The position numbers and the translations under genes are program-made. Source: Pseudobacteriovorax sp. (lineage in GTDB: Bacteria; Bdellovibrionota_B; Oligoflexia; Oligoflexales; Oligoflexaceae). From it: a stretch of 64,000 nt of DNA. The stretch lies in NCBI GenBank assembly GCA_050293845.1, contig JBNKNM010000013.1:1-64000 (forward strand), written 5' to 3'. Positions within the stretch are counted from its first letter, which is position 1, and the number at the start of each line of letters is the position of its first letter. Shown piece by piece: positions 41,044 to 49,953 of the stretch. The notes under the pieces are model-generated. The model saw only the letters and a program-made list of their open reading frames with translations. It was not told the origin of the DNA and searched no databases.

Positions 41044-42666
41044 TTGGAACAGTTTATGGAACGGATACACCTTAAAAGGAGACGGAGAAGACGGCAATCA
41101 AGTCAAGTGAAAGCCAGAACAGCTCCCCATCAAAAAACACTCCTCCTAGCAATGTTATGGTTTTTTACCTCACTCATTTTCCTTAGTTATACAGCTTTTT
41201 CCTTCGATTCTACGCGACTCAATAATCTAGAATACCTCCAAACACTGGAGCAGAGAGTTTGGAGTTGTAGTGATCGAGAGTTGAGTGACTTAGAAGTCGA
41301 AGTCACTGAAAACATACAAGTATCATCACACTCCAGCTTCATGCACTATCTTTTGGGACAGCTCTATATTCGCAGATTTATGCTCAATCCTTACGAAATG
41401 CACCAACTCCGCCAGGCAGCAGAGCTGGGTCAGCAAGCTATTGACTTACGTCCTAATAAGGACTTTGGCTACGTAATCGCTGCTCAAGTACTGGACATGA
41501 TGGGCTATACAGACAACGCCTTGAACTTAATAGAGCCCGCTTCTAATCCGAAGATTATAGACTCCTGGCGTACCCTATTTCTAAAAGGGAAGATTAAGGC
41601 TGGGAACAACTTCCGTAACTCTTTAAACACTTACAAAAGTGCTTTAAATGCTTCCTATTCTCAACCATCGGTAATCCTTCCCCATGCCATAGCTCTCATA
41701 GAATCACATCTGGAAGGTGAACAGCGAGTTCAAGAACTCCGTACATGGCTAAGAATATCTAACGATGCAAATTTAATCAGACTTAGTCTCGCCATAGCTC
41801 TAACTGATATAGGCAAATACTCAGAAGCGTACCAAGTTTACCAGATCATTCCTGGCGATGATACTCACTTCAACGAAGCTCTGATCAATAAATCTATACT
41901 CCAGTATAATTATCTGAATCAAAGAAAAAATGCTCGCTTCGCTTTGGAAAAACTGAGGCAAAGTAAAAAATTTGCTAGCATTGGTTCAGAAAAACAAACC
42001 CTGGTACTGGGTCATCTAGCAAATATTCACTTAAGAGAAAAACAGTACCAAAAGGCAGAACACTATTTTATGCAAGCCTTACTTAACAGCAAGACTCCTT
42101 TAGAATGGATACCCTTCGTGTATGAAAGTTATAAGAAAAACTATAACTTCAAAGAGCTATCTCAACTCATTGAACGTCTGAAAATTGAAATTCCCGGTAC
42201 TGGGGGTATTTATGCCCTTCATGGGTCTATACTTTCTGAACACCTTAACAGTCATCAAGAGGCTATCCTGGCTTATGAAGATGCCATTTTATTAGAGCCA
42301 AACCGCAGTGAATTTTACAATGGACTGGGTCTAGCTTATTATCGCAAAAATAATATGGATAAGGCTTTAAATATTTTCGTACAAGCCACCCAGATTGACC
42401 CGAATGATGCTACTGCACGGTATAATGAGGCATGTGTGTTATCTTTATTAGGTCGCTCGAACGAGGCCTTAGGATCTCTCAAAGAGGCGATTAACCTCGA
42501 TCCCACACTAAGCTCTGCAGCAGCTAATGACCAAGATTTCGCAAATATTAGAGCTTCTACTATTTTCGCTGAAATCGTTAAGCCAACGATCTCAAACGAT
42601 ACTCTCGTGAAACAGCAAGAACTAGAGCCGAAAAATTTTCATATTAATGTGAGATACCAGAATTAG
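41044..42666 (+). CDS. Membrane-anchored TPR protein
   Basis: Basic N-terminus, one TM helix, TPRs, and C-terminal YNEAC...A.ND.DF. Start may be ATG 41056. Confidence 0.8.
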   Translation: MEQFMERIHLKRRRRRRQSSQVKARTAPHQKTLLLAMLWFFTSLIFLSYTAFSFDSTRLNNLEYLQTLEQRVWSCSDRELSDLEVEVTENIQVSSHSSFMHYLLGQLYIRRFMLNPYEMHQLRQAAELGQQAIDLRPNKDFGYVIAAQVLDMMGYTDNALNLIEPASNPKIIDSWRTLFLKGKIKAGNNFRNSLNTYKSALNASYSQPSVILPHAIALIESHLEGEQRVQELRTWLRISNDANLIRLSLAIALTDIGKYSEAYQVYQIIPGDDTHFNEALINKSILQYNYLNQRKNARFALEKLRQSKKFASIGSEKQTLVLGHLANIHLREKQYQKAEHYFMQALLNSKTPLEWIPFVYESYKKNYNFKELSQLIERLKIEIPGTGGIYALHGSILSEHLNSHQEAILAYEDAILLEPNRSEFYNGLGLAYYRKNNMDKALNIFVQATQIDPNDATARYNEACVLSLLGRSNEALGSLKEAINLDPTLSSAAANDQDFANIRASTIFAEIVKPTISNDTLVKQQELEPKNFHINVRYQN

Positions 42667-42700
42667 CGTTGCAGGAGCAACCGTCTCCTTGCATCCCGGG

Positions 42701-42817
42701 GAATCCGAAAATTCTTCGTCTGCTGCGTTATGACAAGCTTCCGAAATCCTCACCTACTTTAGTACACTGCGGTTTAGTAAGGTCTCAGGCCTTGCACCCG
42801 AAACTTTTTTGAATTTC
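42701..42817. repeat. Palindromic miniature element (MITE/REP-like)
   Basis: Imperfect terminal inverted repeats GAATCCGAAAATTCTTCGTCTGC / GCACCCGAAACTTTTTTGAATT, with internal CTGCGTT..CTCACCTAC..GTACACTGCGG..GCCTTG. Lies between convergent genes. Confidence 0.5.
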
Positions 42818-42902
42818 TTAACATGATCAACTTATTTTTCAATTTTTCCGCTCCGGGTTTCATCACCGTCGCAAGTACTCCCGTGACAGCCATCCCTACT
42901 AT

Positions 42903-44087
42903 TCAGGGTACCGCAGCCGATTGCTCTCTAGGATAGATAAGGATTTGACGAGCACGTTCCATGTAGGCTTCAATGCCTTCATACCAATATCCCGAGCTGC
43001 AGTCGCCCGCATAGCTGCGGCAATGCTTTTCAGCAGTAAGATCACCTAAGATCAGATTGATGGGTAATTCCTGATCATTGTACTCATAGGGTGGCTGCTT
43101 CCACGAAAATGACGCACCTCCTACATCAATGCATGACTTCAGCAACGCTAACCCTAGGGCAAAGGTTTGTATTTGAGAGGGGTCGAGAACATGAATTTGA
43201 ATCCCATAGCACACCTTTCCCGCCCATTTTTGCGAGGTAGGTTGAAACTCCACTTCACGCAAATATACACCACGTTTATCCTGATAAAGTTCTTCCACTC
43301 TGGTTTTAAGCTTTTTACTATCGAGAAAGGGAGCCCCAACAAATTGAAATGGCAGCGTTGTTCCACGACCTTCAGAAATGTTGGTACCTTCAAATACGAC
43401 GGTTGCTGGATAAACGAAAACAGCTTCTGGACTTGGTAAATTAGGAGAAGTGAGAACCCAATGATAGGGATGCTGTACCCAAAGTTTGGTAGGGTCCCAA
43501 TGCTGCATTTCTATAATGGCTAATGTTGCCCCAATGCTTTGATTGAAAAGCTTGGCAGCTTCACCAGCCGTTAATCCATGCCTTAAGGGTATTGCAAATT
43601 CTCCGACAAAGGACTTAGCTTCTAAATCAAGACTTCGCCCTTCAACGACAACGCCTCCCAGAGGGTTGGGACGATCAAGGACAACGACTTTTTTACCAAA
43701 TCTTTTCGCAGCACGCAGACAGGCAGCCATCGTGTATTTATAGGTATAAACACGGCAACCCACAATCTGCAGATCGATCACTATAGTGTCTATGTCCGCC
43801 AACATCTGTTCTGTTGGTTCTCGGGTTTCTGAGTATAAAGAATACATAGGCAAATGGTAAGGACCCTTGCCATGCATGGTCTCAATCATATTATCTTGCA
43901 CGGTAGAATGAAAACCATGCTGCGGTCCAAAAAAACATTTCAGTACACTTGGATTAATGTTCCAGAGAATATCCCATGCGGGTGTAAAATCACGAGTTAC
44001 TGAAGCCTGATTACACAGCAGCCCTATACGTCCCCAGTCTTGATGTAGATGAGGCGCATCCCTGAGGACCTCAAGTCCAACTTTCAC
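42903..44087 (-). CDS. Exo-beta-N-acetylmuramidase NamZ family (DUF1343)
   Basis: GLLCNQAS, FGPQHG, SLY, DLQ.VG.R.YTY, DRPNP, RHGLT.GE, SPNLP and SEGRGT motifs. Confidence 0.92.
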   Translation of the reverse strand: MKVGLEVLRDAPHLHQDWGRIGLLCNQASVTRDFTPAWDILWNINPSVLKCFFGPQHGFHSTVQDNMIETMHGKGPYHLPMYSLYSETREPTEQMLADIDTIVIDLQIVGCRVYTYKYTMAACLRAAKRFGKKVVVLDRPNPLGGVVVEGRSLDLEAKSFVGEFAIPLRHGLTAGEAAKLFNQSIGATLAIIEMQHWDPTKLWVQHPYHWVLTSPNLPSPEAVFVYPATVVFEGTNISEGRGTTLPFQFVGAPFLDSKKLKTRVEELYQDKRGVYLREVEFQPTSQKWAGKVCYGIQIHVLDPSQIQTFALGLALLKSCIDVGGASFSWKQPPYEYNDQELPINLILGDLTAEKHCRSYAGDCSSGYWYEGIEAYMERARQILIYPREQSAAVP

Positions 44088-44100
44088 CTAATCTCCAGTA

Positions 44101-44340
44101 CTAGCCACGAGTATTAATTTTACCGATGAGTTGATTTAGACAATCTTCCAAAGAGTTGCCATTAACCGAGGGGATGACGCTATTCTGATCCGTAGCATGC
44201 TCTCCATGACCTATCCACGTATTATTCATTTCATTAATTTCTAGGAGATAGTTGACGCCTTGATGCATATACGTAAATTTATGTATGCGGAAAAGTTTAC
44301 TACCATCAGGAATTTTTATCATTTGCCAATCCATGAGCAT
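44101..44340 (-). CDS. Small hypothetical protein
   Basis: 79 aa ORF filling the gap, preceded by GAGG, 13 nt upstream of the NamZ-family gene. Confidence 0.65.
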   Translation of the reverse strand: MLMDWQMIKIPDGSKLFRIHKFTYMHQGVNYLLEINEMNNTWIGHGEHATDQNSVIPSVNGNSLEDCLNQLIGKINTRG

Positions 44341-44452
44341 GACCTCATTATAGGAAAAAAAAGTGCCACATTTAAAGTTAGTTTAATTTTACCTAAAGGT
44401 CTAGGTTTGTGCTATTTCTTCTTCTTCGCTAAGCTCGCGCGATCAAGTCCAG

Positions 44453-44695
44453 CTAATCTCTGAAGCTTTCTTTTTTAACAAACTTGTTACGGGGCATCCA
44501 TTTTTTATCCGCAGCTAGCTTTTGGATCTGCCTTACTCTTAAGTCCGATGCCGCCTTTTGAACGCCGCTGGTGCGCGTGTAGAAGGTGTCTTGATTGCTC
44601 TGAACAGCTAGTGCTTTGCTTGCTTGACCGCTGACAGCAAGACCGAGAGGAGCCAGCGAAAGGAGGAGGAAGGTCGCCAAAAATAATCTGCACAT
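44453..44695 (-). CDS. Small hypothetical secreted protein
   Basis: Signal peptide (GLA). GCCGATAA lies about 50 nt upstream. Confidence 0.5.
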   Translation of the reverse strand: MCRLFLATFLLLSLAPLGLAVSGQASKALAVQSNQDTFYTRTSGVQKAASDLRVRQIQKLAADKKWMPRNKFVKKESFRD

Positions 44696-44799
44696 AGTAG
44701 ATACCCCATTTGAAGTTCCTCTATGTGCGTAATGAAACCCTTATCGGCAAACGCCTCCCGAAAGGGATCAAAAATTTTTTATTTAATATAATCAATTAG

Positions 44800-45180
44800 T
44801 TATGCAACAATATTACTACCATCAGGATTGGTTTTTAGCTTTACAAATTCCACCAAAGCCTTCTCGTTGTCTTTGTCGATCTGTACGATTCTAATGGCGA
44901 TACCCGAGTCAGTACTAGAACCAGGCAGAACCACCCTGGCCATTTTACCGTTAAAAAACACGGTTTTCTGTCCCTCCAGCTCTAGCCAAACTTCCATGAT
45001 GGACGCTTGATTGAAAGGAAATCGCCCTGGGCTATCAAATTCTAAAAAGAGCCCATTGAAGGAAATATCCCTAGTAGTCAGCTCGTATTTGACTTCTGCT
45101 CCAATAGAGCAAAGCACTACTTTTAATGGGTTATCAAGTCGAATACGCTTGACCTTCCGGTTTTCCCTCAAGCCAGACAT
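44800..45180 (-). CDS. Single-domain PilZ protein (c-di-GMP receptor)
   Basis: RKVKR (RxxxR) and DISFNG (DxSxxG) motifs are both intact. Confidence 0.88.
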   Translation of the reverse strand: MSGLRENRKVKRIRLDNPLKVVLCSIGAEVKYELTTRDISFNGLFLEFDSPGRFPFNQASIMEVWLELEGQKTVFFNGKMARVVLPGSSTDSGIAIRIVQIDKDNEKALVEFVKLKTNPDGSNIVA

Positions 45181-45313
45181 AGCCCCTCCATCAAGACATG
45201 CTATCTACCATGTCCATCGGAAGTTTAAGGGCAAGGGTTTAGAGATAAAGTGACGCACATCCACCGCTCTGAGTGTATCACTGACTCCGCTCGGAATGCC
45301 TACAACGAAAAGC

Positions 45314-45350
45314 AGTCCTTATTGACGTTGCTTAACTGCAAATAAGGACT
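45314..45350 (-). terminator. Hairpin downstream of the DsbA-like gene
   Basis: Perfect 10-bp inverted repeat AGTCCTTATT/AATAAGGACT, followed by GCTTTT on the minus strand. Confidence 0.45.
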
Positions 45351-45389
45351 AGGTCGTGTCATATTAGGAAGAAACATAACTATCAGGAA

Positions 45390-46448
45390 TTAACCGGCAT
45401 TCTTGCTCTCGATTTCCTCGTCAAAGATCTTTTTAAACTCACTGTAAGGTAAGGCTCCCGATAGCCGTCTTCCATTGATAAAGAAAGCAGGGGTTCCTGT
45501 GACGCCGAGCTTTTCACCAGAGCGGTAATTCTTCTCAACAGCGGCCATGATTTTAGGATCTTTCAGGCACTTCTCGAACTTTTTGCTGTCCAGCTTAATC
45601 TTTTTTGCATACTTTTTAAAATCAGTATCCTCTAAGCTTCTTTGGTTGGCAAAAAGCTGATCATACATTTGCCAGAATTTACCCTGCCGTTTAGCACAGT
45701 GGGCAGCTGCAGCAGCAGGTCTAGCCCTTTTATGGAACCCTAGGGGGAAGTCACGGACGATCCAGCGTACCTTCCCTTTGTACTCAGCCATGAGCCGTTT
45801 CACAGTGGGTAAAACCTTTGTACAGAATGGACATTGAAACTCTGAATATTCCACAACGGTGAGGGGACAGTCGTTACCCTTACACCCTATAGGTTTGGTA
45901 TCTGTAGGTTTAGGACCAAATTTAACTGGGTCATTTTCTGTAACAGTTAATTTGTATATAGGCTCTTTGGGTTTGGGATAGGAAACAACCAATTTTTTGC
46001 TGGCTATAGCACCTTGGATCAGTTCATCAATGACTTCACGAGTTTTGACACTTTTCAAATAGTCGGTAATCTGCTTCTTTTTTTCCGTATCGCTGAGTTC
46101 TTTAAGTTGGGGATGGTCTTTGAACTTTTCAATAGTTGCTTTAATATCAGAGTCGTTCAGCTTCGCTTTGGAAACCAAATATTGCTCACGAGCTTCCTCA
46201 GCTGTTGTTTTTTCTTTTTTGGCAAGATCTTCAAAAAAAGTATCGAGATATTGCTGGTGAGCTATGCGTTCGATAAGCTCAAATTTTTGTTTTTCTAACT
46301 CGTAGAAGCGGTCTTGGTTTTCCTTGTATAAGTCAGCTACTGACACATCATTGCCATTTATGCGGTAAGCACTCTCACCGAATGATGCGGATGCTAAAAG
46401 GACACCACTCAATAACACGAGGGCGGTTTTTTTAAACAATCTTGCCAT
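45390..46448 (-). CDS. DsbA-family thioredoxin-fold protein with N-terminal helical extension
   Basis: Signal peptide, EYSEFQCPFC, RDFPL, GKFW and GVTGTPAFFING motifs. Confidence 0.9.
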   Translation of the reverse strand: MARLFKKTALVLLSGVLLASASFGESAYRINGNDVSVADLYKENQDRFYELEKQKFELIERIAHQQYLDTFFEDLAKKEKTTAEEAREQYLVSKAKLNDSDIKATIEKFKDHPQLKELSDTEKKKQITDYLKSVKTREVIDELIQGAIASKKLVVSYPKPKEPIYKLTVTENDPVKFGPKPTDTKPIGCKGNDCPLTVVEYSEFQCPFCTKVLPTVKRLMAEYKGKVRWIVRDFPLGFHKRARPAAAAAHCAKRQGKFWQMYDQLFANQRSLEDTDFKKYAKKIKLDSKKFEKCLKDPKIMAAVEKNYRSGEKLGVTGTPAFFINGRRLSGALPYSEFKKIFDEEIESKNAG

Positions 46449-46661
46449 GAAATTTTAGAACTCCTAAAACTAGTGTTTACCCACAAATATCTTAACCCAT
46501 TTCTTAGCAGTGGTATTATGATAAAACCATGAATAGGTCGAAAAAGCTACCAAGTCTGGATCGGCATGTAGTTAGTTTTCTTTATATCTTGAGAAAGATT
46601 TGACCAGATCACCGCAATAATAAGGTGCAGTAAGACCAAATGACTCATAAGGTGCCCAAGA

Positions 46662-47222
46662 ATGCAGAATAGTAATAAGTCAGAAAATTTAGTTTGGATT
46701 GACATGGAAATGTCAGGACTTAACCCTCAATCCGATGTCATCCTAGAAATTGCTTCCATTATCACCGACAGCGACCTGAATATCCTTGCTGAAGGGCCCA
46801 ACTTAACCATCCATCAAGAAAAAAATCTTTTTGACCTGATGGATGAGTGGAATCAAACTCACCACGTCAAGTCAGGGCTTTGGGACCAAGTTTTACAGTC
46901 CAAGATCTCTACATCTCAGGCTGAATTGGAAACATTAGATTTTCTGTCGCAGTATTGTGAGCCTAAAATGAGCCCCTTGTGCGGTAATTCAATAGCGCAA
47001 GACAAAATGTTTCTATTACAGCACATGCCTCAACTCGCAAACTACCTCCACTACCGCCTTATCGATGTGAGCACCATAAAGGAATTAGGGCGAAGATGGT
47101 ACAAGAGTGGTCCCAAGCCTAATCCCAAAAAAGAGACGCACCGCGCTTTGGAAGACATCAAAGAAAGCATTGAAGAGCTGCGTTTTTATCAAAAGCATTA
47201 CTTCATAGCTCCAGCAAACTAA
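46662..47222 (+). CDS. orn: Oligoribonuclease
   Basis: WIDMEMSGL, LCGNSI..D, HYRLIDVSTIKEL and HRALEDIKESI.EL motifs. Confidence 0.96.
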   Translation: MQNSNKSENLVWIDMEMSGLNPQSDVILEIASIITDSDLNILAEGPNLTIHQEKNLFDLMDEWNQTHHVKSGLWDQVLQSKISTSQAELETLDFLSQYCEPKMSPLCGNSIAQDKMFLLQHMPQLANYLHYRLIDVSTIKELGRRWYKSGPKPNPKKETHRALEDIKESIEELRFYQKHYFIAPAN

Positions 47223-47263
47223 AGTAGCTGGCTAAAAACTTACTTTTTGCTCCCTAAAGTCCA

Positions 47264-47272
47264 TGTTACACT
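47264..47272 (+). promoter_or_regulatory. Extended -10 element for the candidate RNA
   Basis: TG-T-TACACT, 7 nt before the first paired base (G47280) of the 5' stem. Confidence 0.5.
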
Positions 47273-47279
47273 TTTAGTA

Positions 47280-47456
47280 GGACCCTCTCTTGCTTGGGAC
47301 ATTACCCAAGATGCAAGGTCCAATAGGCTAGATGCCTAGGAAAGGAGGTGGTGCTGCAGTGTTAGACGATTACACTAGTAGTATGGAGGTGGTAGCTACA
47401 TAATAGCTATTGCCTCCATACGCACCGGCTCTCCATAGTGAGGCCGGTCCCCTGCA
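47280..47456 (+). ncRNA. Candidate structured small RNA or sORF-bearing RNA (Pxr-like architecture, unverified)
   Basis: Four or five consecutive stem-loops, two GGAGGTGG boxes, GC-richer than the flanks. Confidence 0.65.
47359..47403 (+). CDS. Candidate 14-aa small peptide MLDDYTSSMEVVAT
   Basis: AAAGGAGGTG 8 nt before GTG, and tandem TAA TAG stops. Confidence 0.5.
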   Translation: MLDDYTSSMEVVAT

Positions 47457-47509
47457 TAAAATCTAGTCACCCACCATGGCAAAACCTTAAATATTACAGA
47501 TAAGTACAA

Positions 47510-47526
47510 TTGGTTAGCATCTTGCA
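47510..47526 (+). promoter_or_regulatory. Putative sigma54 promoter of the M14 peptidase
   Basis: TTGGTTAGCATCTTGCA (GG-N10-GC, TTGC), about 33 nt before the ORF. Confidence 0.5.
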
Positions 47527-47558
47527 TAATAATGCTTAGTATTAATCGACTATTATAG

Positions 47559-48470
47559 GTGCTAACAGTGCGATGGGCTATGAGCTTATTTTACCTCCTT
47601 CTCACTTCCTGTCAGCTCTGGGCTGACAGCAATACTGTATATATGTATCACCGCAACCTTTCCCAGTTGATCGGAAAATATACAAAAAGCACCCTGGGAT
47701 CGGAAATAACCATCACTACAGCCTACCTTAATCCGGGAACAAGGACTCCCGAGCGCTTCTACATTCAAGGGGGGCTTCACGGAAACGAGTTTCTCACTTC
47801 GAAGTTTGTCGATTGGCTCATGCAGAGGGTGAGGCAGAACAAGAGCCTTTTGAACCAATTCAAAACCCCTGTCGTAATCGATTTTATTGCCAATATCAAC
47901 CCCGATAGCCAACAGCGCAACAATCCACGCAATATTAACCTTAATCGCAACTTCTCAGTCCTTTGGGGGATGTCCACGGAACCCCAAGGCATAAGCCCTT
48001 TTAGTGAGGCGGAAACTCAAGCGGTGCAAAGACTTTTTAGCCAGTTTCGTTACCGGGCTGCTATAGATATTCATGGTTACTTAAACTGGGTTGTCCTACC
48101 CACCCATCCTCAACAAATAAACCGCAACTCAAAGGTATATGAGCCCTGGTATCAACTCGTTAAAAAAAATCTTAGTATCTTACCCAACTACAACCTAAAG
48201 ACAGCAGGGGAGTTAGGTGATGGAGGTGCCTTTGAAGATTGGGTCTATTGGCACCATGAAACTTTTGCCGTTTGCTTGGAAATGAAGTATCCATTTCGCT
48301 TTTTTCCCAATGGAGATCAAAAAAAATATGATTCCTTCCTCGCTTATGAAAAGTATATTTTTAAGCTATTTAGTGGAGCATTAAAGATCCAAAGACCCAC
48401 GCCACAATGGGTGGAGCAAAGCAACAAAACTCTAGAAGGTAAGGTACTTCCAGCTAAGAGTAGTCATTAA
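47559..48470 (+). CDS. M14 zinc carboxypeptidase (MpaA-like)
   Basis: GGLHGNE, NPD, NLNRNF, SEAET, DIHG and CLE motifs, plus a signal peptide. Confidence 0.85.
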   Translation: MLTVRWAMSLFYLLLTSCQLWADSNTVYMYHRNLSQLIGKYTKSTLGSEITITTAYLNPGTRTPERFYIQGGLHGNEFLTSKFVDWLMQRVRQNKSLLNQFKTPVVIDFIANINPDSQQRNNPRNINLNRNFSVLWGMSTEPQGISPFSEAETQAVQRLFSQFRYRAAIDIHGYLNWVVLPTHPQQINRNSKVYEPWYQLVKKNLSILPNYNLKTAGELGDGGAFEDWVYWHHETFAVCLEMKYPFRFFPNGDQKKYDSFLAYEKYIFKLFSGALKIQRPTPQWVEQSNKTLEGKVLPAKSSH

Positions 48471-49302
48471 TCTTGTTTTGATAAAAATTTGGAAGAGCAA
48501 AGCACGAGTGGAGCAGCTCTTCATTAAGATATCTAAGTTGGTTTTTTATTTGACTAAACCGCTCCTGCGAAAAAGCCTCTGTCTCCAGCGGATCATGAGA
48601 TGCTAAGGTCCATGTCCAAAGCCCTTGGGGATAGGAAGGCACAAACCCTATATATGGTTTCACGTGGGCGAAGCAAGATCTTAAGTTTCCTTGAATTTTT
48701 TGGTGTATCTTACGGTCATACCAAGCTGACTCCGATTGGCAAACCATAATACCCCGTGGGGCTAAGCATCTAGCTACTTGTCCATAAAACTCTTTGGTAA
48801 ACAGCGATTCACCAGGACCAATAGGATCTGTGGAATCGATGACTATCAGATCAACCGTAGCATCGGGAAGTTTCTTAATGTAGTCGATACCATCACCAAT
48901 TTTAATGGTGGTTCTTGCGTCGCTAAAACCTTGACTAAGAGTCGGTAAAAAATCCTTCGCTGCCTCAATAACTAAAGCATCAATCTCACACATGACAATC
49001 GAATGGAATGAAGGATGACGCAATAACTCTCTAATGGTGCCGCCGTCCCCCCCACCAATAACCACAGCATGTTGAGGATGGGGATGTAAAAGTGCGGGCA
49101 CATGAGCTATAAGCTCATGATACACAAACTCATCAGCTTCTGTAACCATGACCATCTCATCAATGACCATCATACGGCCGTAGGACTCTGTTTCCAAAAT
49201 TTCAACAGTTTGAAATTCGGACCGTCCCCTAAACAGCACATCCTTGACTTTATAAGCAATACGCAGATCTTCATTATGATTTTCTTGAAACCATAACTGC
49301 AT
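48454..49302 (-). CDS. speE: Spermidine synthase
   Basis: DEFVYHE, VIGGGDGG, CEID, DSTDP and PSYP.G.W motifs. Confidence 0.94.
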   Translation of the reverse strand: MQLWFQENHNEDLRIAYKVKDVLFRGRSEFQTVEILETESYGRMMVIDEMVMVTEADEFVYHELIAHVPALLHPHPQHAVVIGGGDGGTIRELLRHPSFHSIVMCEIDALVIEAAKDFLPTLSQGFSDARTTIKIGDGIDYIKKLPDATVDLIVIDSTDPIGPGESLFTKEFYGQVARCLAPRGIMVCQSESAWYDRKIHQKIQGNLRSCFAHVKPYIGFVPSYPQGLWTWTLASHDPLETEAFSQERFSQIKNQLRYLNEELLHSCFALPNFYQNKINDYS

Positions 49303-49323
49303 GTTCAGAATTCCTAAAGTATC

Positions 49324-49953
49324 TTAGCGTCTCGTACGTTCTTGATTGCGGACATATTCTAGAAAGGTCGCTTTATCATCCATAATGGATTGATAGCGAC
49401 CGTGGCTCATACCCCCACGATTTTTACGGTTATTATTGCGAGCACCACCACTATTGCCTACATTACCAGAACGATTGCCCATATTCTGCGAAGGCATGGA
49501 GCGCATTTGGTTTTTACGCTCGACAATCTCCCACGCCCTAAGAACAACGCTCTCCGACAGCAGCTCACTGACAAACTCCTCAAGGGTGATGCCTTCCTCT
49601 TCTGCCTGGTTTTTAAGTTTTTTGATGAGTTTTTTTGAAAGGTTGAGCCTCAGTTGACTCCCATTCGTGTTTTCTGGTTCAGCCGCAGCAGCGACAGTAT
49701 GATCACCTTCGGCTCCTTGTGAGCTACTTTCAAAAAATTTCTCTTCCAAAGGAGGACTTTCCAATTTACTTATTTCGGTCGCTTCAACTTCTTTTGCCTT
49801 CTTGGCTGTTTGTTTTTTTGCGACCTTTTTTTTAGTTGCCTTCTTAGCTACAGCTGTCTTTGCCTTCTTTTTTGCGCTTGTTTTGGTTTTGGTTTTCTTT
49901 ACAGCCTTTTTCTTGGCAGTTTTTTTTGCCTTTTTCTTAGCCTTTTCAGCCAT
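49324..49953 (-). CDS. Histone H1-like Lys/Ala-rich protein with ribbon-helix-helix-like domain
   Basis: N-terminal KKKAKKTAKKK repeats, then QLRLNLSKKLIKKLKNQAEEEGITLEEFVSELL (RHH pattern). Confidence 0.7.
   Translation of the reverse strand: MAEKAKKKAKKTAKKKAVKKTKTKTSAKKKAKTAVAKKATKKKVAKKQTAKKAKEVEATEISKLESPPLEEKFFESSSQGAEGDHTVAAAAEPENTNGSQLRLNLSKKLIKKLKNQAEEEGITLEEFVSELLSESVVLRAWEIVERKNQMRSMPSQNMGNRSGNVGNSGGARNNNRKNRGGMSHGRYQSIMDDKATFLEYVRNQERTRR

Noticed and set aside
47280..47456. Interpretation as tmRNA, 6S, SRP or RNase P RNA
   Set aside because: There is no GGGG..TTCGA..CCACCA tRNA-like domain, no long 6S duplex, and no SRP or RNase P consensus. It also has its own SD and start codon.
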